From an uncultured Candidatus Saccharibacteria bacterium (lineage in GTDB: Bacteria > Patescibacteriota > Minisyncoccia > Phycocordibacterales > GWA1-40-21): a stretch of DNA of 64,000 nt. Location of the stretch: the NCBI GenBank assembly GCA_964513515.1, contig CAZEMP010000001.1, positions 75,336 through 139,335 on the forward strand, read 5' to 3'. Below, in pieces: positions 56,268 through 64,000 of this stretch. A program made the translations under genes and the position numbers. The notes under the pieces were generated by a model. That model saw only the letters and a list, made by a program, of their open reading frames with translations, was not told the DNA's origin and made no database searches. Positions within the stretch are counted from its first letter, which is position 1. Each line of letters starts with the position of its first letter.

Positions 56268-57812
56268 TTGCCAATGGCTATAGAAGAAATAATTTCATTA
56301 TTAGATTTTCCATCACAAAAAGATAAAGAGCTTATAAAAAAAGCTTATGATTTTGCATATAAAGCTCACGAGGGACAATTACGAAAATCTGGTGAGCCTT
56401 ACTTTAACCATGTCTTTGAAACAGCAAAAATACTTTCTGGTTTAAAAATGGGTGTAACCACAATCATAGCGGGCTTACTTCACGACTCAATAAAAATTGG
56501 TAATGCTACGGAAGAATCTGTAAAGAAGGAGTTCGGAGATGAAGTATTGTTTTTGATAAATGGGGTTACTAAGCTCGGTAAATTAAAATATAGAGGAGCA
56601 GAAAGACACGTTGAAAGTTTTAGAAAATTTATTGTGGCTGTAGCACAAGATATCCGAGTACTTATCATAAAGCTTGCAGATAAACTACATAATGCACGCA
56701 CATTAGAACACGTTAACCCTGAAAAACAGCAAAGGATTGCTCTTGAGATACTTGAAATTTATGCTCCTCTAGCCGATAGACTTTCTATCAGAATGGTTGC
56801 AAGAGAACTTGAAGACTTATCTTTTAAGTACGTTGATCCAAAAGAATATAAGAAAACAATTGATCTATTAAAAGAAAAGAAAGAAAAATCTACACCAGAG
56901 CTTGAAAAGTTTATTAAACTAATTAAAAAATCTTTAGCAGAGCAAAATATAACAAATTTTAAAACTGACTATCGTCAAAAAGGTATATATAGTCTATATA
57001 AAAAATTACAAAAATTTGATGGCGACATAAGCAAAATATATGACATGCTCGCTGTTAGAATAAGCGTAGATAATGTAGCGGATTGCTATAAAATACTCGG
57101 TATTATTCACAGTATCGCTATACCAATACCCGGAAGAATAAAAGATTATATAGCCTTCCCTAAACCTAATGGATATCAGAGTCTACATACGACCGTCCTT
57201 ACAGGTGATGGTGCAACCATAGAAATACAAATTAGAACTTTTGAAATGCACTACAATTCTGAATATGGTATTGCTTCACATATTCTTTACAAAGAAAAAG
57301 GTTCTGTAAAACAAAAGGAAAATTCTGAATCTCGTTGGTTTAAGCAATTTCTACCTAAAATGATAAACTCTTTTGAAGTTTCTAAAAATGGCAGCGAGAT
57401 AACTCCAAAGTGGATTAGCGAGTTGGCAGAGTCTCAAAAAAATATAAAAACGAGTAAAGATAAGGATGTTTTTATGGAAGATGTTAGGGGGGATTTTTTC
57501 AACGAAAGAATATTTGTGCTTACACCTAAGGGTGATGTTGTAGACTTACCGGTAGGATCATGTGCACTCGACTTCGCATTTGCCATTCACTCTGATGTGG
57601 GTATGCACACTAGTGGTGCAAAAGTAAATGGAAAAATGGTGTCACTTGATACCGAACTCAAAAATAGCGATATTGTAGAAATAATAACCAATAAAACAAG
57701 TAAACCGTCTTCAAAATGGCTCGAGATGGCAAAAACAAACATGGCTAAAAGACATATAAACAATTATCTGGAAAAAAATAAACATAAAAATATAATTCCT
57801 AGACAAAAATAA
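56268..57812 (+). CDS. bifunctional (p)ppGpp synthetase/hydrolase (RelA/SpoT homolog)
   Basis: HD hydrolase motif (HDSIK), the RelA_SpoT synthetase domain and a TGS domain. It is short (514 aa), so the ACT/regulatory C-terminus is reduced. Confidence 0.85.
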   Translation: MPMAIEEIISLLDFPSQKDKELIKKAYDFAYKAHEGQLRKSGEPYFNHVFETAKILSGLKMGVTTIIAGLLHDSIKIGNATEESVKKEFGDEVLFLINGVTKLGKLKYRGAERHVESFRKFIVAVAQDIRVLIIKLADKLHNARTLEHVNPEKQQRIALEILEIYAPLADRLSIRMVARELEDLSFKYVDPKEYKKTIDLLKEKKEKSTPELEKFIKLIKKSLAEQNITNFKTDYRQKGIYSLYKKLQKFDGDISKIYDMLAVRISVDNVADCYKILGIIHSIAIPIPGRIKDYIAFPKPNGYQSLHTTVLTGDGATIEIQIRTFEMHYNSEYGIASHILYKEKGSVKQKENSESRWFKQFLPKMINSFEVSKNGSEITPKWISELAESQKNIKTSKDKDVFMEDVRGDFFNERIFVLTPKGDVVDLPVGSCALDFAFAIHSDVGMHTSGAKVNGKMVSLDTELKNSDIVEIITNKTSKPSSKWLEMAKTNMAKRHINNYLEKNKHKNIIPRQK

Positions 57813-57842
57813 TAAAACGAGCGGTCTGGGCTCGTTTTATTA

Positions 57843-58844
57843 TTATAGGCTGAAATTTTTTACGGAATATAAATCTTCACTCTCCTCTTCCTCCTTCTTT
57901 TCTATTGGACTTCTATCATCTATAAAAGGAGCTTCTTCCTCAGTTATTTTAGGTAATTTATCAATATCTTCTAGTGAGGCAATGTGTTTATCCATAAGCT
58001 CGTTAACCTTTCTCTTATCCTTTGTACTTAATAAATCTAATATTGCTCTAACATCATCATTTGAAAAGAAATCTATAGTAATTTTGCCACCCTTTTCTCC
58101 TTTTTCAATATGTACCCTTGTTCCCAAAGATTCTGCAAATTTCTCTTCGAGCGCAACTATTTCTGGATCGATCATTGTTTCTTTCTTTCTTGCTCTTTCT
58201 ACTGCTATTTTTCTCGCAATAATTTCCGCGTCACGAACTGTTATTTTTTTATAAATAATTTCCTTAAAAAGAGTTTCTTGTTCGTCTTTTCTATCTGTAA
58301 GCATTAGAAGCGGTCTTGTATGACCTTCAGATATCTTTCCCTCAGAAATAGCAAGGAGCATATGCTCAGGAAGTGCCAATATCCTCAAACTATTTGAAAC
58401 ATACTCCCTACTCTTACCCATTTTCATTGCAATTTGAGTGTGTTTAAAACCAAATTCTGTCACGAGTTGCTGAAAGGCTTTTGCTCTGTCTACACAGTTT
58501 AGATCTTCTCTTTGAAGATTTTCGATAATAGCAAGCTCTAGCTTCATCAAGTTTGATTCGTCATTAGAACGTATCACTGCAGGTATTTGTGGTATACCGG
58601 CTATTTTTGATGCACGTAGTCTTCTTTCACCAGAAATCAATTCATATTCAACAACGATACCCCCATCTTCCTTTTGAACTTCTTTTCTGGTAACAACTAT
58701 TGGTTGAAGAACACCATATTGTCTTATGGATTCAGCAAGATCATTTAATCTAGCTTCATCAAATTCTTTTCTTGGTTGAAAAGGATTTGGATTAATTTTT
58801 CCTGTTTCTATCCAAAATATTGAGTCGCTGTAAAATTGTGTCAT
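57843..58844 (-). CDS. parB: chromosome partitioning protein ParB/Spo0J
   Basis: ParB N-terminal domain with the GERRLRA motif, an HTH, and an acidic C-terminal tail. Confidence 0.85.
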   Translation of the reverse strand: MTQFYSDSIFWIETGKINPNPFQPRKEFDEARLNDLAESIRQYGVLQPIVVTRKEVQKEDGGIVVEYELISGERRLRASKIAGIPQIPAVIRSNDESNLMKLELAIIENLQREDLNCVDRAKAFQQLVTEFGFKHTQIAMKMGKSREYVSNSLRILALPEHMLLAISEGKISEGHTRPLLMLTDRKDEQETLFKEIIYKKITVRDAEIIARKIAVERARKKETMIDPEIVALEEKFAESLGTRVHIEKGEKGGKITIDFFSNDDVRAILDLLSTKDKRKVNELMDKHIASLEDIDKLPKITEEEAPFIDDRSPIEKKEEEESEDLYSVKNFSL

Positions 58845-58882
58845 GGGGCAATAATATCACACAAAAAACATACAGCAAAAAT

Positions 58883-58908
58883 TGATTTTTGTTGATAAAT
58901 TGTATACT
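58883..58908 (+). promoter_or_regulatory. extended -10 promoter for tRNA-Leu
   Basis: TGtTATACT at 58900-58908. The -35 is weak. Confidence 0.3.
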
Positions 58909-58920
58909 ATGTCCAAATAT

Positions 58921-59001
58921 GCCGGAGTGGTGGAATGGTAGACACGCACGACTCAAAATCGTGTTCCGAAAGGGGTGAGAGTTCAAGTCTCTCCTCCGGC
59001 A
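58921..59001 (+). tRNA. tRNA-Leu (anticodon CAA), type II with long variable arm
   Basis: Acceptor GCCGGAG/CTCCGGC, anticodon stem CACGA/TCGTG with loop CTCAAAA, long variable arm, T-arm GAGAG-TTCAAGT-CTCTC, discriminator A. Confidence 0.8.
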
Positions 59002-59011
59002 CAATAAAAAT

Positions 59012-59911
59012 ATGAAACCAAAAATAGTAGTGGTTCTTGGACCAACGGCTACAGGTAAAAGTGGTCTAGCGGTAAAAATAGCTCGTAAATTTCAAAGTGA
59101 AATAATAAGTGCTGATTCACGCCAAGTATATAGAGGAATGAACCTTGGTAGTGGTAAAATCACTAAAAAGGAAATGTTGGGTATTCCCCATCATCTTTTA
59201 GATATTATTAGTCCAAAAAATACCTTTTCTGTAGTCGAGTATAAAAAACAGGCAGAAAAAGAAATAGAAAAAATAATTACAAAAAATAAGATTCCTATAA
59301 TCTGTGGTGGTACAGGTTTTTATATAGACAGTATTGTGAAAAATATTGTATTACCAGAAGTAAAGATAGATAAAAAATTGAGAAAGAAACTTGAAAAATA
59401 TTCGGTAGAAAAACTATTTACTATGTTAAATAAACTTTCTTCAAGAAGAGCCGAAGATATTGATAAGAATAATAAAGTACGTTTGATAAGAGCTATTGAA
59501 ATAGCAAAAACACTTGGTGATGTTCCAGAAATAAAAGAAATGCCAAATAAATATGATTTTATTCTTATAGGTCTTGATACGAACAATAAAATATTAAAAG
59601 AAAAAATACAGAAAAGATTACTTGCCAGAATGAAACTTGGAATGGTAAGTGAGGTAAAAAATCTTCATAAAAAAGGAGTGAGTTGGAAAAGATTAGAATC
59701 TTTTGGTCTTGAATATAGACAAGTTGCCTTATTTCTTCAAAATAAAATTACAAAAGAGCAGTTGATTGAAAATTTAAAAAAAGAAATCTGGAACTATGTT
59801 AAACGCCAAAGAACCTGGTTCAAAAGAAATAAAAATATTGAATGGTTTGAACCGAAAGATAGTAATAAGATACTTGGTTATTTAAAAAATAAAATTCAAA
59901 TTTTTGAGTAA
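59012..59911 (+). CDS. miaA: tRNA dimethylallyltransferase MiaA
   Basis: P-loop GPTATGKS and the SADSRQVYRGMNLGSGK motif. Confidence 0.9.
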   Translation: MKPKIVVVLGPTATGKSGLAVKIARKFQSEIISADSRQVYRGMNLGSGKITKKEMLGIPHHLLDIISPKNTFSVVEYKKQAEKEIEKIITKNKIPIICGGTGFYIDSIVKNIVLPEVKIDKKLRKKLEKYSVEKLFTMLNKLSSRRAEDIDKNNKVRLIRAIEIAKTLGDVPEIKEMPNKYDFILIGLDTNNKILKEKIQKRLLARMKLGMVSEVKNLHKKGVSWKRLESFGLEYRQVALFLQNKITKEQLIENLKKEIWNYVKRQRTWFKRNKNIEWFEPKDSNKILGYLKNKIQIFE

Positions 59912-60411
59912 TCTTCTGAATATGATGGATGTCCTCTCTCAGCAAGTCCGAGATTAAAATTTGTTAATATATCAGCATTTCTTTTACTTAAAACCCTTGC
60001 TTTAGATATAATCGTGCTACGAATTATCTTTCCCTCCATATATAGAATAGTACCTTCAATGTACGCCGCCCAAGATCCGTCTTGTGCATTTTCTAATGCA
60101 CTTCTAAAATGATCCAGTGCGTCCTCTTTGTCTATTCGAGCAAATATCTGGCCAACATGAAACTCTGTAAAACTTAATAATGCTTTATATCCCCTAAAGA
60201 CTTCTATATTAAACTTAACATAATCTATAATTTCCTGATCATATAAAAACTTTAAATTATCTATAGCAGCAGTTCGAGAATCTGTTAGCTGATCTAAAAC
60301 TACAAGTTTATCTCTTAATTCTTCAAAAGTTATTTTACCATTTAACAATTCCTCTTTTGAAGTCATGTAAATATCTTGATTTTCTGTATTTTCATGATTT
60401 TTCATGTTCAT
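59896..60411 (-). CDS. hypothetical helical protein (possible C-terminal-domain partner of the upstream nucleotidyltransferase)
   Basis: 171 aa. No motifs recognised. Separated by 13 nt from the nucleotidyltransferase gene. Confidence 0.3.
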   Translation of the reverse strand: MNMKNHENTENQDIYMTSKEELLNGKITFEELRDKLVVLDQLTDSRTAAIDNLKFLYDQEIIDYVKFNIEVFRGYKALLSFTEFHVGQIFARIDKEDALDHFRSALENAQDGSWAAYIEGTILYMEGKIIRSTIISKARVLSKRNADILTNFNLGLAERGHPSYSEDYSKI

Positions 60412-60424
60412 ATTATATCAAATA

Positions 60425-60895
60425 TTATATTTTACTAATTTGCTTAATATCAATCTTATCAACCTCCCTTGAAAGTATCTTCTTATATTTGATCAATTCT
60501 TCCTTTACAATAATAGGGACTCTAATTCCATAGATTTCTATCATATCTGTCTTCATAAAATCTGTCTTCAAACTTAACCATTGTTTATTATTTGAGTTAA
60601 ATATCATTACATTATTTGAACCACCTATATCTATTTCTTGATTCTTATAAACAAGTGTCATAAGTTGAAGATCCCAATTTCTGTCTATATACCTTTTTGG
60701 ACCGAATATTATATATTTTTTAACTTCTGGAATAATTTCTGAAAATCTATCCTCTGGAATATCAAAATCAATATCAGCTAATTCTCTTTTTGATCCATAT
60801 ACTCTTGCTGCAAAACCACCTGCAATTTGAAATGGTATTTTATGTTTATTTAAAATATTAACAATCCACTTAAATGCCTCTTCGGTATTTTTCAT
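60425..60895 (-). CDS. nucleotidyltransferase-fold protein (pol-beta superfamily, LinB/KNTase-like N-domain)
   Basis: IAGGFAARVYGSKRELADIDFDI fits the hG[GS]x9-13Dh[DE]h nucleotidyltransferase signature. Confidence 0.5.
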   Translation of the reverse strand: MKNTEEAFKWIVNILNKHKIPFQIAGGFAARVYGSKRELADIDFDIPEDRFSEIIPEVKKYIIFGPKRYIDRNWDLQLMTLVYKNQEIDIGGSNNVMIFNSNNKQWLSLKTDFMKTDMIEIYGIRVPIIVKEELIKYKKILSREVDKIDIKQISKI

Positions 60896-60955
60896 TTTAT
60901 TTATTATAAGAGATGTGATTTGACTTACTCTCTAATCCATTCACTCTGCTTACTG

Positions 60956-61026
60956 CGGGAGATGGAGGAATCGGACCTCCGACAGCGGTTTTGGAGACCG
61001 CAGTTATACCACTTAACTAATCTCCC
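60956..61026 (-). tRNA. tRNA-Trp (anticodon CCA)
   Basis: Minus-strand fold. Acceptor GGGAGAT/ATCTCCC, D-arm GTTA..TAAC, anticodon stem GCGGT/ACCGC with loop CTCCAAA, T-arm GGAGG-TCCGATT-CCTCC, discriminator G. Confidence 0.75.
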
Positions 61027-61064
61027 GTGGTCAGATAAATATATCATAAAATAATTAAATTAAA

Positions 61065-61095
61065 AACAAAAAGCCGCCTCTCGGCGGCTTTTTCG
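61065..61095. terminator. bidirectional intrinsic terminator
   Basis: GCCGCCtctcGGCGGC with a T5 run on the plus strand and TTTTTGTTTTT on the minus strand. Confidence 0.6.
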
Positions 61096-61104
61096 ATAAT
61101 TTAA

Positions 61105-61269
61105 TTATCCGGTCATTTTAGCTTCCTTGTGTTTAGTGGTTTTTTTACACCATTTACAAAACTTCATGAGTTCAATTTTTCTCTCTACAAGTTTCTTGTT
61201 TTTTCTGCTGTAATAATTTGGTCTTTTACATACAGTACACTTTAGCCTTATTAATTGATCTTGTGACAT
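61105..61269 (-). CDS. rpmG: 50S ribosomal protein L33 (zinc-binding form)
   Basis: 54-aa ORF MSQDQLIRLKCTVCKRPNYYSRKNKKLVERKIELMKFCKWCKKTTKHKEAKMTG with two CxxC pairs and the KKNKRN..EKLELKK pattern. It is below the ORF-track length cutoff and lies in the classic position next to tRNA-Trp. Confidence 0.8.
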   Translation of the reverse strand: MSQDQLIRLKCTVCKRPNYYSRKNKKLVERKIELMKFCKWCKKTTKHKEAKMTG

Positions 61270-61415
61270 TGTTTTAAAATTAAAAGTTTTAATTGAAAAA
61301 GTTAAATTAAGACCTGATTCAATTACGAAACACTATAGCTTAAAAAAGGTCTAAATGCAACCATTTTAAAGTTCTTTTTTTATAATACTAATACTATATA
61401 CTTATACTTTTTTTC

Positions 61416-63116
61416 CTATTTCAGGTCATCAACACTCGTATCTGGAACAATAGGTCTTATCTTCCAGAACTTCTTATGAAGAGTGTCTATGGTTTCCTCA
61501 AGCTCCTGACTCTTTAATAGTTTTAAAATTACCACAAGAGAAGCTATACCAATGATTCCAGAAACAAATCCTTGCATAAAGATACCAATGAGAGTATTTA
61601 GATTAAATACATCATCAAATATACCTAAGCATAAATATGAAATAAAACCCATAATCACTGAAGCTGAAAAACTTTGAAAAAGTGTTTTATTAATAGAGGA
61701 CGAAAAACCAGGATTTTCCTTTTCAAACCAAAACCAAAGAATAATACAATCTATAATTTGAGCTAATGAAAAGCCAAGGGCCAACATGAGTATCTCTGTT
61801 CCTGGTATGTCATCAACTCTAAACAAATACTCAATAAAATATCTAAATATATTAAATTCATAAAATATTTTTATAAAAATAAAGGATAAACCTATAGATA
61901 AAATGCCTGTAATAATACCTGCGTATAGAGCTTTTCGTGTATTACCTTTTGCATAATAACCTCGAACAAAAATTAACACGAGAGACTGTGCTGTGACAGA
62001 TAATGCAAATATTGCTAATGCGGCAGCTGTAAGTTTTGTTCCATTCCATCCAAAGGCACCTGCCCCATATATAGATCTTACAATCTGCGCGCGAAGTACT
62101 ACAAAAAGAACAGTGATTGGAACTGACCAAAAAATAATATGACGAACAGCAGCAGATATGTGAGACAAAAATTCTTTATCCTGATTTTTAGAAATGAACT
62201 TTGACAACGTAGGAAAAGCGGCAAGAGAATAACTTACTCCAATAATCGAGAGTGGCACCCCTTGAAGATTACTTGAAAAATTTAAAACTGAAATTGATCC
62301 TATAGTCATAACAGAGGCCATACCCACAAGTGCAAGCATCGTTATTTGTGTCATACCTAGAGTTACTGTTCTTGGTATAGATGTTAGAAAAACATTTTTT
62401 ACTAGTTTAAAATCAAAATTGAGAGGCCACGCTCTAAAAAGATCACTCTTTACAACAAACGGTAATTGAATACTTAAATGCATAAAAGCTCCAAAAACTA
62501 CTCCATAAATTAGACCTTCAATACCAAAAATTGGATATAAGAATACAGCACCAAGTATAATGCCAATATTATAAAAAATAGGACTCAAGGCATAAACTAA
62601 AAATCTTTTTCCTACTTGTGTAATACTCGCAAGAAAATTTGATGTTCCTAGTAATATTGGTGAAAGGAGTAGAATTCTAGACATTTTTATCAGCACTGCC
62701 TGATCTGCAATTCCTGGAAAAATCTTTGGGACAAGATATGGTATAAAAATAAAAACTACCGCACATACCAAAACGATTGTCACTGAAAAAAAAGAAAATA
62801 TACTATTAATAAAATACTTTGTTTCTTCTTTTGATTTTTCTAATCTATCAGAAATAAAAGGAATTAAAACTGATATAGAAACAACGGATGCAACTGTTGC
62901 AAATATAAAATCTGGTATTTCAAACGAAGCATAATACAAATCCAAAACGTGTCCTGTTCCAAATGTACCAGCTAATACTCGGTCTCTTAATAAGGCTAAT
63001 AATTGGGAAAGTATTGCAAATGAACCAAGTAAATATGCAGCTTCTAAAAGCCCGTCTATTTCCTTATAAAAAATATTAAAAAATCTTTTTACCATCCCGA
63101 TTGTAAAATTTTGCAA
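61416..63116 (-). CDS. murJ: lipid II flippase MurJ (MviN)
   Basis: 566 aa, polytopic, with the MOP-family N-terminus typical of MurJ. Confidence 0.8.
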   Translation of the reverse strand: MQNFTIGMVKRFFNIFYKEIDGLLEAAYLLGSFAILSQLLALLRDRVLAGTFGTGHVLDLYYASFEIPDFIFATVASVVSISVLIPFISDRLEKSKEETKYFINSIFSFFSVTIVLVCAVVFIFIPYLVPKIFPGIADQAVLIKMSRILLLSPILLGTSNFLASITQVGKRFLVYALSPIFYNIGIILGAVFLYPIFGIEGLIYGVVFGAFMHLSIQLPFVVKSDLFRAWPLNFDFKLVKNVFLTSIPRTVTLGMTQITMLALVGMASVMTIGSISVLNFSSNLQGVPLSIIGVSYSLAAFPTLSKFISKNQDKEFLSHISAAVRHIIFWSVPITVLFVVLRAQIVRSIYGAGAFGWNGTKLTAAALAIFALSVTAQSLVLIFVRGYYAKGNTRKALYAGIITGILSIGLSFIFIKIFYEFNIFRYFIEYLFRVDDIPGTEILMLALGFSLAQIIDCIILWFWFEKENPGFSSSINKTLFQSFSASVIMGFISYLCLGIFDDVFNLNTLIGIFMQGFVSGIIGIASLVVILKLLKSQELEETIDTLHKKFWKIRPIVPDTSVDDLK

Positions 63117-63236
63117 CCTCTAAATATCTATCTTTCTTATTGTACTATAATTTTTAATTATCACGAAGTAATTTTATTTTAGTGTGTTCGTAATTTACAA
63201 GGGGACAAGCAATCTAAAAATTTATTTTTTGTAAAA

Positions 63237-63373
63237 CCCCCACACCTATCTTGTTATCGTTGCATTATGTTTTTAATATTAATCAATATTAATCTTTGTT
63301 TATTAAAAAAACTTACCTTAGTTATAAATCTTTATTGGCAACAAAAACACAAAAACGAGATAGGTGTGGGGGA
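63237..63373. repeat. 137-nt palindromic unit (CCCCACACCTAT...AT-rich core...AGATAGGTGTGGGG), copy downstream of rnpB
   Basis: The arms are CCCCCACACCTATCTTGTTATCGTTGC and GCAACAAAAACAC...GAGATAGGTGTGGGGG. The pattern repeats at 63512-63647, and a partial motif lies at 63928-63940. Confidence 0.55.
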
Positions 63374-63379
63374 AAAGAA

Positions 63380-63876
63380 AAGGGGGCACCTTTCGGTACT
63401 CCCTTTCCATAACCTTTATACCTATAAGCCGAATTCTGTTTGTTGTATTACTACAACAAGATAATCATCTGTCTGGGCCAAACATTACTGTTTAGCTCAA
63501 GCGGCGCTTCCCCACACCTATTCTGTTATCATTGCTATCGTGTTTTAAGATACTAGACGATATTAACTTTTATTTACTAAGTAGACTTAATATCATTTTA
63601 CAAGTCTCGCTTAGCAACAAAAACACAATAATAGAATAGGTGTGGGGACTCGGCCTTGCACCAAGGTAAGGAATTTTGCCGTTGCACCCTTATGTTGCCA
63701 TAAGGACTATCCACTAGGGATATCTCCATTCTTTCGTCTGGAGCCGTTTCTGTTCGCACCTCTCATATTGCTATGGACGGGCGTTACCCGCTACCCTTCT
63801 CCTCAACTTTAACATTGAGGTGATGTTCGGACTTTCCTCCCCAACAAAGTTGGAGCAATTATCCAATATAAAGGCA
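63380..63876 (-). ncRNA. rnpB: RNase P RNA (bacterial type A-like) containing a 136-nt palindromic insertion
   Basis: Minus-strand motifs GGAGGAAAGTCCGAAC (P4/CR-I), GGGTAGCGGGTAACGCCCGTCC, GTGCGAACAGAAACGGCTCC, GCCGCTTGAGC and ACAGAATTCGGCTTATAGG (CR-IV). P1 pairs CCTTTATA with TATAAAGG. A terminator hairpin lies at 63377-63410. Confidence 0.65.
63512..63647. repeat. 136-nt palindromic unit embedded in the P15-P17 region of rnpB
   Basis: CCCCACACCTATTCTGTTATCATTGC...GCAACAAAAACACAATAATAGAATAGGTGTGGGGA. The conserved RNase P segment GCCGCTTGAGC follows directly. Confidence 0.55.
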
Positions 63877-64000
63877 ACTAAATTATACAATAATCTTTTA
63901 TATTTATCAAGTATTGTTAGGTTATAGTAGGTGTGGGTGATATAGTTTACATGGATGTAAGGAGCGGAGTTCATTCTCTACTCCGTTGACAACTCGCGCT

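Noticed and set aside
58792-59004. 70-aa minus-strand ORF
   Set aside because: It overlaps tRNA-Leu and the parB/tRNA promoter region and is spurious.
63237-63647. CRISPR array suggested by the repeated CCCCACACCTAT…GGTGTGGGG units
   Set aside because: There are only two units plus a fragment. Each unit is a ~136-nt palindrome rather than a short repeat with unique spacers. One unit sits inside rnpB, and no cas genes are present.
63267-63974. ORFs 63267..63464 (+) and 63771..63974 (-)
   Set aside because: They lie within the palindromic repeat and the RNase P RNA gene and are not coding.

Overview
This is a 64 kb window from an AT-rich, gene-dense bacterial chromosome. GC looks close to 30%, and gene content and protein architectures are consistent with a small-genome Patescibacteria/CPR-like organism; that assignment is inference only. 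Most of the window is housekeeping: five aminoacyl-tRNA synthetases (leuS, hisS, lysS, proS, serS), typA, truB, miaA, topA, relA/spoT, parB, dprA, a priA-like gene, greA, frr, rseP, guaC, msrA/msrB and a peroxiredoxin. Cell-envelope genes include a dcw cluster (mraZ-rsmH-ftsL-ftsI-murF), an mreB-mreC-mreD-pbp2 cluster, a second mreB paralog, murA, mltG, murJ and ftsQ. RNA genes I can support are tRNA-Glu(CTC), tRNA-Leu(CAA), tRNA-Trp(CCA), rpmG (a 54-aa L33 missing from the ORF track) and an RNase P RNA on the minus strand at the window end. Against this background, several short GC-elevated segments each carry a near-consensus sigma70 promoter and an intrinsic terminator. They are a ~780-nt ORF-less unit (8.6-9.4 kb), two tandem ~130-150-nt units (2.1-2.45 kb), small GC-rich units at 24.4-24.7 and 26.4-26.8 kb, and a GC-rich two-gene segment next to tRNA-Glu, which has a 16-nt inverted copy of its own 3' end just downstream. 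Other unusual items are a canonical NUDIX domain inserted inside LeuRS and a 62-bp nested GC-rich palindrome inserted in-frame in truB. A 136-nt palindromic unit lies inside rnpB, with a second copy immediately downstream. Three tandem paralogs share the N-terminus MEWPFG, and a divergent in-frame duplicate of the topA 3' end sits about 120 bp past the topA stop. No integrase, transposase, CRISPR array or recognisable defence genes were seen.
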